Assembly (NCBI GenBank): GCA_964508365.1
Contig: CAZDTP010000077.1
Location: forward strand, 1-14,661
Origin: an uncultured archaeon
GTDB lineage: Archaea; Asgardarchaeota; Lokiarchaeia; Sigyniarchaeales; SOKP01
Length of the DNA: 14,661 nucleotides
Reading direction: 5' to 3'
A program made the position numbers and the translations under genes. Shown one piece after another: positions 6,907-14,661 of this stretch (positions are counted from its first letter, which is position 1; each line of letters starts with the position of its first letter). A model generated the notes under the pieces. The model had not been told where the DNA came from. It ran no database searches and worked only from the letters and a program-made list of their open reading frames with translations.

Positions 6907-8244
6907 ATGGATGATGATTATGATATAGTGATTATTGGATCAGGTTTGGGTGGATTAACAGCAGCAAGTTTCCTCTCCCGTAAGGGATTTAAAACTCTTG
7001 TGGTGGAGAGTAGAAGTCGTATAGGAGGGAGATTTTCCACTTTTGAGTATGAAGGTTTCAAATTACCCACTGGTGCGATTCTTATCCCAGATGGGTGGGT
7101 GGTAAAATTGCTTGAGGAGATGGGAATCAAGGCTAACATTTTAAGACCAATAACACGAGTTTATTATAGAATTGATGGTGAAAGATATGAAATCCCCTCT
7201 GAAATAGGAGTACCAAAGGCACTTGATATAATAGATAAGCTTGAAAGAAAAGATGCTGAAGAGAAGAAGCGTCCAACGAAACCTGTCGAATTAAGTAAGA
7301 TTATGCGTGGTTATTATAAAAAAATGCGAGGAATAAATCAAGAAGAAATTATAACTGTGCGAGATTGGCTTCTTCAATATACTGAGAATGAAAAAGTGCA
7401 CGATGCTTTTGATACTCTCTGTACAGGATTGATGATGGCTCATTCTTGGGAGCTACCTGTTTCAAAATTTTTCCTCTTCCAAGAAATGACTAAATTTTAC
7501 ATATCACCTAACGGAAACCTCAGTATAGCAAAAGAACTTGCTAGAGTAGTTGAGAAAACCGGTGCTATATGGACTAATTCCCTTGCGAGGAAAATAATGA
7601 TCAAAGAGGGAAAAGCTACAAGTGTAATTGTTGAAAAAGCAGGAAAACAAATTGAAATAAAATGCAAGATAGTTATTAGTAATACAGGGGCTAAATCAAC
7701 GGTGAGTCTGGCAGGAAAAGAAAATTTTGATAATGAATATCTTGAAAAGATGCGTATAAAACTCCGACCAAGCCCTTGTTTACTGGTTCTAATCGCAAGT
7801 GATAAACCTCTGTGCTTGGAAGGAATACATGATGGGTTGGAAATAATAATGGGATCTCGAAGAATTAAAACTGTTATCCCTATAAGTAATATCTGTCCCG
7901 AACTTGTTCCCCCGGGGCAACATCTTATTTACACTTCAGCTAAATCCGAATCAACCCTCCATCCTATGGATATAAAATACGAAATGCAACAAGTTATGAG
8001 TGATATTAGGGAATTTTTTCCAGATTTCGAAAAGCACGGTCGGATTTTAAAAATGAGAGCATGCGGCATTATCAATGAATGGCCTGAAGGTCGGACTTGG
8101 CTTGGTTATGGTATGCCATTAGAAACGCCGATATCTAATCTATTTAACGTAGGAGATTCATGCATTGCTCCAGGTCTTATAGGAACTCCTGGTTCTGTAG
8201 AAAGTGGTTACCGGGTGGTTGATATTGTTGAAAAAATATTATAA
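6907..8244 (+). CDS. NAD(P)/FAD-dependent oxidoreductase, phytoene dehydrogenase (CrtI)-like family
   Basis: Rossmann motif YDIVIIGSGLGGLTAA...LVVESRSRIGGR, PTGA, C-terminal TPISNLFNVGD. GGAGGTG RBS at 6888-6894 favours ATG 6907 over the ORF-track TTG 6877. Confidence 0.85.
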   Translation: MDDDYDIVIIGSGLGGLTAASFLSRKGFKTLVVESRSRIGGRFSTFEYEGFKLPTGAILIPDGWVVKLLEEMGIKANILRPITRVYYRIDGERYEIPSEIGVPKALDIIDKLERKDAEEKKRPTKPVELSKIMRGYYKKMRGINQEEIITVRDWLLQYTENEKVHDAFDTLCTGLMMAHSWELPVSKFFLFQEMTKFYISPNGNLSIAKELARVVEKTGAIWTNSLARKIMIKEGKATSVIVEKAGKQIEIKCKIVISNTGAKSTVSLAGKENFDNEYLEKMRIKLRPSPCLLVLIASDKPLCLEGIHDGLEIIMGSRRIKTVIPISNICPELVPPGQHLIYTSAKSESTLHPMDIKYEMQQVMSDIREFFPDFEKHGRILKMRACGIINEWPEGRTWLGYGMPLETPISNLFNVGDSCIAPGLIGTPGSVESGYRVVDIVEKIL

Positions 8245-8275
8245 TCCAATTTGAAGAAATATAAAATTTGATATT

Positions 8276-9400
8276 ATGGACATTAGTGATCTTAAGATAG
8301 GAAGAGAAGGAACATTTATTCCCCCATTTAAAAGTAATATCAATACAGTCAAAAGCTATGAAAGTGAGGGATATGATTCCATATTTTTTGCCGATCATAT
8401 CTTAAATTGGATACCGGAATCTATTTGGACTCCAGATATTACTGATCTTGCTAATATTTATCCCAGCCCCCACCTAATATATGATGTTTTTGCTATGATG
8501 ACTGTTGCTGCCTTAAACACAAAAAAAATTTACCTCGGAACAGGAGTAACCGAAGCTTTTAGAAGGAATCCCGCGGTACTTGCGCAAACCTTTCTGACTT
8601 TAGATGAATTATCCAGAGGGAGGTCAATATTGGGGATAGGAGCGGGTGAAAAAGAAAATACCGTTCCCTACGGAATTAAATGGGAGAAGCCTGTAAGTAG
8701 ATTAGAAGAAGCAGTTATAATCATTAGAAAATTATGGGAAAGTGATGAAAAAGTAAATTATGATGGAAATATTTGGAAGTTAGAAAATGCCCTCCTCAGA
8801 TTAAATCCTTTTAAAAAAGGAAAATTTCCCCCAATTTGGATTGCTGCTCGTGGTAACAGAATGCTAGATATAACCAGCAGATTAGGTGATGGCTGGTTAC
8901 CTATATTTTTAAAACCGGAAGTTTATAAAGAAAAACTAAGGATTCTTCAAAAATACACACAGAAAGCAGATAGAAATATGGATGAAATTACTCCTGCAGT
9001 TATTTTGGGAGTTATCACCGATGAGGATAGGGAAGAAGTCGATAAAATGCTCAAAAATCCAATTACTAAAAATAACTTAATTACGTTATATCATGAAGAT
9101 TTCAAGCCATATGGATTATCACATCCTCTTGGAGAAAATATTGATGGGACTTTAGAATTTATTCCTACACATTACGATAAAGACTCATTGCTGCAAATAC
9201 TTGAAAAGATCCCTAATAAAATGTGTCATGATTTTTACTTAAATGGTAGTCCTGATGAAGTTATTGGTCAAATTGAAAATTATAGCAAAGTTGGTGTAAA
9301 ACATATAATTCTATTTAATGTTTCTATATTATGTGGTTCTAAATATATTCCACGTTCAAATAAGTGTATGAAAAAAATAATTACATATTTCAAAAATTAA
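8276..9400 (+). CDS. LLM-class (luciferase-like, probably F420-dependent) oxidoreductase, 374 aa
   Basis: GYDSIFFADH, LGTGVT...RNPAVLAQTFLTLDELSRGRSILGIGAG, PPIWIAARGNRML..T.RLGDGWLP, G.PDEVIGQI. Confidence 0.92.
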   Translation: MDISDLKIGREGTFIPPFKSNINTVKSYESEGYDSIFFADHILNWIPESIWTPDITDLANIYPSPHLIYDVFAMMTVAALNTKKIYLGTGVTEAFRRNPAVLAQTFLTLDELSRGRSILGIGAGEKENTVPYGIKWEKPVSRLEEAVIIIRKLWESDEKVNYDGNIWKLENALLRLNPFKKGKFPPIWIAARGNRMLDITSRLGDGWLPIFLKPEVYKEKLRILQKYTQKADRNMDEITPAVILGVITDEDREEVDKMLKNPITKNNLITLYHEDFKPYGLSHPLGENIDGTLEFIPTHYDKDSLLQILEKIPNKMCHDFYLNGSPDEVIGQIENYSKVGVKHIILFNVSILCGSKYIPRSNKCMKKIITYFKN

Positions 9401-9417
9401 TGAATTAGTAGATAAAT

Positions 9418-10347
9418 ATGCCAATAAACTCTCAAAAAATTGACGTTCACCATCACATTGTACCTAAAGAATATCTTGCAGCTTTAGCCTCAGTAGGCAT
9501 CAAAAATGCTGTTGGTGAACCATTCCCTCAGTGGGATATTGAAAACACTCTTGCTTTTATGGATAGACAAGGGATAGCTATAGCAATTAATTCAATTTCT
9601 GCACCAGGTATTTATTTTGGAGATAATGATTTTACTCAAAAGCTAGCACGCAATTGTAATGAAATCTCTGCTCGTATGGTGAATGAATATCCAGATCGCT
9701 TTGGTGCGTTTGCTATTTTACCCCTACCAGATATAGAGGCATCCATAGTTGAATTGGAGTATGCCTTAGATACCTTAAAACTAGATGGGGTGGTTTTTCT
9801 AACAAATTTTGGGGGTATATACCTCGGAGATGCCCATTATGATGATCTTTTTTATGAGTTAAATCGCAGGAAAGCTGTAGTTTTTGTACATCCAAGTGTG
9901 CCCCCTTTAGATACATTACCCATGATAATAAAACCCGCAGTTTTAGAATTCGTTTTTGATACCACAAGGGCAATTGTTAATCTTATACATAGAGGAGCAA
10001 CAAAACGCTTTCCGGATATAAGTTTTATATTCTCGCATGGAGGAGGAACTGTTCCCTTTATAACTTGGAGAATTACTTTTGGAAATAAAAAGATAATTAA
10101 TCAGTTAAAACGCTTTTATTATGATACGGCAGTGTCAGCAACCCCCTATACATTAAGTTCCCTGCTGAGTTTAGTGGAACCAACGCAAGTATTATATGGG
10201 AGTGATTATCCATTTTTGCCCGAAAGGGTTGTAAAACTAATGAATGAAAATCTTCAAAATTATAATTTTGAAAGAGAAGCCCTCACGAAAATTGTCCAGC
10301 AAAATGCTGTTACTTTATTTCCAAGGTTTAAGGAAATATTGTTTTAA
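9418..10347 (+). CDS. Amidohydrolase family 2 (ACMSD / aromatic acid decarboxylase-like), 309 aa
   Basis: IDVHHH metal motif, RF.AFA.LP, VFVHP, FSHGGG, YYDTA, LYGSDYPF. Confidence 0.92.
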   Translation: MPINSQKIDVHHHIVPKEYLAALASVGIKNAVGEPFPQWDIENTLAFMDRQGIAIAINSISAPGIYFGDNDFTQKLARNCNEISARMVNEYPDRFGAFAILPLPDIEASIVELEYALDTLKLDGVVFLTNFGGIYLGDAHYDDLFYELNRRKAVVFVHPSVPPLDTLPMIIKPAVLEFVFDTTRAIVNLIHRGATKRFPDISFIFSHGGGTVPFITWRITFGNKKIINQLKRFYYDTAVSATPYTLSSLLSLVEPTQVLYGSDYPFLPERVVKLMNENLQNYNFEREALTKIVQQNAVTLFPRFKEILF

Positions 10348-10357
10348 AAATTTTTTT
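10348..10357. terminator. Compact A/T tract between convergent stops, possible bidirectional terminator
   Basis: Only 8 nt separate the amidohydrolase TAA (10345-10347) from the esterase TAA (10356-10358 on -). T7 on + and an A-run giving U5 on -. Confidence 0.4.
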
Positions 10358-12092
10358 ATAATTTAGGTTCTTTAATTCCAAAAGGTATCATCTCATCAAA
10401 ATAGGATAGGATCGTTCCTAGTTCAGGTTCTTTAAGCTCAAAATTAATGAGGTCAATAACACTCTTCACAGTAAGTATATCGTTTAAATAGGAAAACCTT
10501 AAATCATCAATACCAGCATCAAGGACGAGAATTTTGTCTTTTCCTTTAGTATTATCCCAAGGATACCAATTAGGTAAACCTTCTCCGTTTGGATTTCCTG
10601 ATCTTGCAAAATTGGCAAGATAATTCATGCACAAATCTTTTAATTTTTCCCGACCAAGTCGATTACGCTTAGTGTGTGTTTTTCCGATCAGCATAAATAT
10701 GGAACTATTACCCATCCCTAAAAAGAAAGGAATTTCTGAAGCATGATGGGCACCCAAGTTTCGTCCCATCTCTTTAGGGAGAACACTCATGCCATCTTTA
10801 TCGGGGCTTCCCCAATCAAAACGGTAAGCATAAAGGGGTATATCATTCTTTAAATTCATCTTATATGCTAAGGAATCAAGACCACTCACACGCCATAGTA
10901 GAGACCTATAACCCCAAATTAAATCATACTTTCTTGTATTCTTTGGAGGATCTTTTCTAAAATTGCCAAAAAGCTTCAATTCATCTTTCGTGCAACCGAA
11001 AATTAGTGGTACCATATTTGCCCAATCTCCAGATGAAAGTATATCATATCCTTCCTTTGGTATTACCGTACCGTCAGTGAAGATAGCCCGCCAGTTAGCC
11101 ATTCCAAAATCCATTTTGGGGATACATTTCAAAATTTTAAATGCCGATTTTGAACGAAGATACTCATTTACTTCTTTTTCCGACATTTTATCTAGAATTC
11201 TCTCAGCTTCTTCTTGGTTTTTTGCTTTATGATCATTAATGAGGAGATCAATAAGAAGAACTCTACTTTGAGATTCTGCCATGTCAGTACTTGAAATGAG
11301 AGATAATCCGCTTTCAGCAATAGCTTGATGGAAGAATCCTTTTGCGAGCGGAGAAATAAGGAGTGAGAAAACATTAAAAGCACCGCCCGACTCACCTGCA
11401 ATTGTAACATTATTAGGATCCCCTCCAAATGCTTCTACATTGTCTTGTACCCATTCTAAGGCTTTTATCAGATCAAGAGTACCAAAATTTCCACTTTTAT
11501 CTTCAGGAGAACCAGTAGCTGTAGTCGCAGGATGTATAAACCAACCCATTGCTCCAAGACGGTAATTAACTGAGATATACAACAAGTTAGATTTCTCAAC
11601 GACCGCATTACCATAATAGGCAACCTCCGCAGATGAACCAATTGAATTTCCTCCTCCATGGATATAAAAATAGACGGGTAATTTGGTCTCTGGAGTCTTG
11701 GGACGCCAAATGTTAAGATAAAGACAATCTTCTGAACCAATTGAACCTATAAAAGGCATAACTTGGGCTGCAGAATTCCCAAACTTTTTTGTTTTGCAGG
11801 TTCCAATCCATGGGATAGGATCAAGTGGTGCTTTCCAGCGAAGAGAACCAATTGGAGGATTTGCGTACGGAATTCCCTTCCAGCACCAAGATTCTTTATC
11901 GGAAAAACCAGATACTAAACCATACTTCGTTTGGACGATTGCATCATTATTCCATGAACCAAGTTTAAAAATTGTGTCAGATGGTTCTAACGTACAAAAA
12001 TGCCTAATGTAGGGAGACACGATCCTTTTAATCATATTGGTTAATCTAATAAAAGGAGAAAACAAATAAGCTAGCTTTATTATTAAACTCAT
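10356..12092 (-). CDS. Carboxylesterase type B (COesterase, pNB-esterase-like), 578 aa
   Basis: WKGIPYANPPIGSLRW, SEDCLYLNIW, YIHGGG, NYRLG, FGGDPNNVTIAGESGG nucleophile elbow, catalytic Glu region GCTKDE, catalytic His region GAHHASEI. Confidence 0.95.
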   Translation of the reverse strand: MSLIIKLAYLFSPFIRLTNMIKRIVSPYIRHFCTLEPSDTIFKLGSWNNDAIVQTKYGLVSGFSDKESWCWKGIPYANPPIGSLRWKAPLDPIPWIGTCKTKKFGNSAAQVMPFIGSIGSEDCLYLNIWRPKTPETKLPVYFYIHGGGNSIGSSAEVAYYGNAVVEKSNLLYISVNYRLGAMGWFIHPATTATGSPEDKSGNFGTLDLIKALEWVQDNVEAFGGDPNNVTIAGESGGAFNVFSLLISPLAKGFFHQAIAESGLSLISSTDMAESQSRVLLIDLLINDHKAKNQEEAERILDKMSEKEVNEYLRSKSAFKILKCIPKMDFGMANWRAIFTDGTVIPKEGYDILSSGDWANMVPLIFGCTKDELKLFGNFRKDPPKNTRKYDLIWGYRSLLWRVSGLDSLAYKMNLKNDIPLYAYRFDWGSPDKDGMSVLPKEMGRNLGAHHASEIPFFLGMGNSSIFMLIGKTHTKRNRLGREKLKDLCMNYLANFARSGNPNGEGLPNWYPWDNTKGKDKILVLDAGIDDLRFSYLNDILTVKSVIDLINFELKEPELGTILSYFDEMIPFGIKEPKL

Positions 12093-12263
12093 GATTTCAG
12101 ATCAGAAACATTATTGAAAGCTTTTATAATTTATCATATTGACCGAATTCTTGTGGCATAAACGATTTGAAGAAATACTTAATATGAACGAAGTAATTTT
12201 GAATAAAAATGTCATATTTATATAGTATCAAAGCAAATCATTCTACACCAACTATAAGTTATA

Positions 12264-12587
12264 ATGGTGAAAAATCGAATGTTATTTGTAATTTATTTCG
12301 AATTAGATCCAGCTATCGATCCCTCCAAAATAATCGATGCGTTTCAGAAGGTTCAAGAAGCTAATCTCGAAGATCAAAAATGGGAAACAAAAAGCTGGTA
12401 TATTACTCCTGAATATTGGGGTATTGCTGTAGTGGAGACAGAAAGTGCTGAAGATTTTGCTCAGAACGCTAATTCCTGGAGAGTTGCCCTTCCAGGTATC
12501 TTTAAGAAGTATAATACTGCGCCTGCCTTGGATGTAAGGACATATGTTCCCATAGCTGCAAAGTTAGTGAGAAAAATTAAAAAATAA
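12264..12587 (+). CDS. Small hypothetical protein, possibly DUF3303/GYD-like dimeric alpha-beta barrel, 107 aa
   Basis: Clean ORF followed by a T11 tract. Pattern (M)LFVIYF...SWY....WGIAVVETESAE...W...F.....P recalls DUF3303-type proteins; family call from memory, not from a search. Confidence 0.65.
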   Translation: MVKNRMLFVIYFELDPAIDPSKIIDAFQKVQEANLEDQKWETKSWYITPEYWGIAVVETESAEDFAQNANSWRVALPGIFKKYNTAPALDVRTYVPIAAKLVRKIKK

Positions 12588-12628
12588 CTAATTTTGGTCA
12601 TTAAATCAAGCCTGATTAAATTCAATCC

Positions 12629-12639
12629 TTTTTTTTTTT
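12629..12639 (+). terminator. T11 terminator-like tract
   Basis: Eleven T about 40 nt after the stop at 12587. Confidence 0.55.
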
Positions 12640-12707
12640 ATATATAAAATGGAATTTTACTATTGTACATAGGAAAAAGCATAATTGAATTATTGAATTG
12701 CAGAAAA

Positions 12708-12729
12708 GGTAAATTCAGCGTCTGATTTC
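12708..12729. repeat. 22-nt intergenic palindromic element, copy 2
   Basis: GGTAAATTCAGCGTCTGATTTC, 20/22 identical to 6650-6671. Confidence 0.45.
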
Positions 12730-12779
12730 AATGAAAATTCAATAATTAGAAATATCTGACATTTTATTATTTATGGTAA

Positions 12780-12965
12780 TCATTCAAGATTATCTAGAAC
12801 ATAATCAATAAGTTCCGTATGATTATTGAACGAGCTTTCATAACAGAAATCTGGTTGTGCTCGCACTTCTTCATTTGCATGCCCCGTATGGTCTAATCCT
12901 AAAGCTGAACTTATACAAATAACAAGTTTGCTATTTGGGAGAGTATAATATGTGGGAAATTCCAT
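12780..12965 (-). CDS. Small hypothetical protein (61 aa)
   Basis: Fills an otherwise empty intergenic gap with no overlap; protein-like composition; TATA-like TTTATAAG 25-32 nt upstream. Confidence 0.5.
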   Translation of the reverse strand: MEFPTYYTLPNSKLVICISSALGLDHTGHANEEVRAQPDFCYESSFNNHTELIDYVLDNLE

Positions 12966-12989
12966 TTCTCTATTATAGATAGCATAATA

Positions 12990-12997
12990 CTTATAAA
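12990..12997. promoter_or_regulatory. TATA box readable in both directions between divergent genes
   Basis: CTTATAAA: TTATAAA on + lies about 31-37 nt before ATG 13028; TTTATAAG on - lies 25-32 nt before ATG 12965. Confidence 0.45.
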
Positions 12998-13027
12998 TTA
13001 AGTGGTTGAATTAATAATATATTAATC

Positions 13028-13663
13028 ATGACAGAAGATGAGTCGTTAGAAAAATTAAAACAAGCAATTATACAAGGAGATTCACAGAAAGCAATACTTT
13101 TTGTTAATGAATCTAATGAAATGGGAATAGAAGTCAAAGAGATTTTAAATAGAGCAATTCTTAAAGGCGCTGAAGAAGCAGGGAAATTATATGAAGAGGG
13201 TGAATATTTTCTTCCTGATTTATTAATGACTGGTGATGCTATTAATGCTGCTACTGAAATTCTAAAAAGTTCCTTTGATCGAAAATCTGAAATAGAATCT
13301 AAAGGTACTATATTAATTGGAACAGTAGAAGGCGATATTCATGATTTAGGCAAAAGTTTGGTAGTATCATTATTAAAAGGGCAAGGTTTTGATGTTGTTG
13401 ATTTAGGATCTGATGTTCCACCAGAAGAGTTTCTTCGAAAAGCAAAAGAAATAAATCCCAAACTAATAGGATTGAGTGGATTAATGACAATGAGCATCTC
13501 TAAAATGATAGAAACAGTTAATTTACTTAAGAGTGAAAATGTACAATCTCGAATAATCATTGGTGGGGGAATATTATCAAAAGAATCGTGTGAAATGATC
13601 GGAGCAGATGACTTTGCCAAGGATGGATGGGAAGGAGTTAAAAAAATAAATAAATTAATTTGA
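13028..13663 (+). CDS. Corrinoid (cobalamin-binding) protein, MtbC/MttC-like, 211 aa
   Basis: N-terminal cap domain (GAEEAGKLYEEGEYFLPDLL), B12 motif GDIHDLGK, VVDLGSDVP, LIGLSGLM, IIIGGG, GADDFAKD. Confidence 0.95.
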   Translation: MTEDESLEKLKQAIIQGDSQKAILFVNESNEMGIEVKEILNRAILKGAEEAGKLYEEGEYFLPDLLMTGDAINAATEILKSSFDRKSEIESKGTILIGTVEGDIHDLGKSLVVSLLKGQGFDVVDLGSDVPPEEFLRKAKEINPKLIGLSGLMTMSISKMIETVNLLKSENVQSRIIIGGGILSKESCEMIGADDFAKDGWEGVKKINKLI

Positions 13664-13669
13664 ATTCAA

Positions 13670-13675
13670 GAGGTG
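13670..13675 (+). promoter_or_regulatory. Ribosome-binding site GAGGTG for TTG 13686
   Basis: GAGGTG lies 10 nt upstream of TTG 13686, the same spacing as at 573-589. Confidence 0.6.
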
Positions 13676-13685
13676 TAAGAATAAA

Positions 13686-14661
13686 TTGGGAAAAGATTGG
13701 GCCGCTTCTGTAAATAGAATATTTAGAACAATATCAGGATCAAAAAGAGTTGATAAAGTTCCGTTTCTTGCATTCGCCGGGGAACAAATGATTTGCCGAG
13801 TGACCGGAAAAACGGTGAAAGAATTATATAGTTCCCCAAAAGTTTATAGTAACGCTATTATAAGCACTTTTGAGTTTTTAAATACCGATTCAATAAATGT
13901 TCCAAGTGCTTATGCAGGTCCAATTGAAGCTTTAGCATTTGCAGAAGCGAACAACAAATTGGATGCAATTAAATGGTTTGAATATAAACCTCTAATGTGT
14001 AAACAAGGAGTAATTTGCAAAACTGAAGAAGATATTGATAAACTGGAAATTCCAGATCATAGTAAGAATGATCTTTGGAAAACTTCCTTTCTAACTGCAA
14101 AAATGATTAATGATAAAACTAAATTCCCTCAAGTAATCAGCTTGAGTATTTGGTCCGTTGTTCAGGAGTTACGTGGCATAGATGCCTATAAGGACATGCG
14201 CCGAAATCCTGATTTATTATTAAAACTGTGCGAAAAAATATATGAATCTCAAATGGATGTTTATGAGAATTGGCTTGAAATTGTAGGCATGCCTCCCAAT
14301 GTTTTTATTGCAGGATACGCATTTAACCGTCACATGATGAGTTTTCAAGATTCTATGCGCTATGAAGGTCAGTTTATTAAGAGGATGATGAATAAAATAA
14401 AAGTTCCGTTCATGCTTCATAATTGTGGAACTTCACCGTATTTCACAGAAGTCGTTAAGGAAATTGACTTCATTGCCGTGAATGGTAGTCATCCGTTAGA
14501 TATTGAATATTGGATTGATTTTAAAAAGAAACATCCAAAAATCGCAATAATAGGGGCTAATATTGATGTGAGTCGAGAAATGTTCTGGGGATCTCCTTCT
14601 GATGTCGAAAAAAAGGTAAAAGAAAACATCTTAAACTTAGCTCCTGGGGGTAGATATATTT
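13686..14661 (+). CDS. Uroporphyrinogen decarboxylase / MtaA-CmuA methylcobamide methyltransferase family protein; 3'-truncated, absent from the ORF track
   Basis: My translation is open from TTG 13686 to the window end: MGKDWAASVNRIFRTISGSKRVDKVPFL...ELRGIDAYKDMRRNPD...FMLHNCG...IIGANIDV...GSPSDVEKKVKENILNLAPGGRYI. It carries HxCG and G(A)NID motifs and follows a corrinoid gene. Confidence 0.88.
   Translation, partial: MGKDWAASVNRIFRTISGSKRVDKVPFLAFAGEQMICRVTGKTVKELYSSPKVYSNAIISTFEFLNTDSINVPSAYAGPIEALAFAEANNKLDAIKWFEYKPLMCKQGVICKTEEDIDKLEIPDHSKNDLWKTSFLTAKMINDKTKFPQVISLSIWSVVQELRGIDAYKDMRRNPDLLLKLCEKIYESQMDVYENWLEIVGMPPNVFIAGYAFNRHMMSFQDSMRYEGQFIKRMMNKIKVPFMLHNCGTSPYFTEVVKEIDFIAVNGSHPLDIEYWIDFKKKHPKIAIIGANIDVSREMFWGSPSDVEKKVKENILNLAPGGRYI

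Noticed and set aside
12683-12699. ATTGAATT tandem 8-mer, and the palindrome TTTTATATATAAAA at 12636-12649
   Set aside because: Low-complexity AT-rich sequence expected by chance.
6918-14420. Short ORFs 6918-7139, 8177-8398, 9713-9973, 10963-11232, 11192-11428, 11468-11740, 11794-12012, 13308-13490, 13339-13620 and 14220-14420
   Set aside because: All are antisense or alternative-frame shadows of well-supported genes and show no recognisable motifs.
1-14661. tRNA or rRNA genes and additional BHB introns
   Set aside because: No cloverleaf or rRNA-like segment was seen, and all other genes are uninterrupted. In-frame (3n) introns cannot be excluded by eye and would need a BHB covariance scan.

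Overview
AT-rich (about 30% GC by eye) archaeal window, most consistent with an Asgard/Lokiarchaeia-type genome. That assignment is an inference from TATA boxes, oligo-T terminators, GGAGGTG RBS, a WD40 protein and corrinoid/MtaA-type genes. Gene order on the + strand: two tandem paralogous GlcD-like FAD oxidoreductases, a 600-aa free-standing protein with two HTH+HNH modules, a GlcF/HdrD-like (Fe-S) protein, a WD40 protein, a CrtI-like FAD oxidoreductase, an LLM oxidoreductase and an amidohydrolase. These are followed by a type-B carboxylesterase (-), two small ORFs, a corrinoid protein and a 3'-truncated URO-D/MtaA-family gene. Main observation: the (Fe-S) gene really starts at 4220 and is interrupted by a 34-nt, 50%-GC insertion (4273-4306). 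The insertion folds into a geometrically canonical bulge-helix-bulge (hBHBh') motif. Cutting at the two positions predicted for the tRNA splicing endonuclease restores the frame and rebuilds the first ferredoxin motif (C-M-G-C-G-D-C...CP), giving a 410-aa protein. This is a candidate tRNA-type intron in an mRNA other than cbf5, directly downstream of a free-standing double-HNH endonuclease gene. Splicing itself is predicted, not observed.
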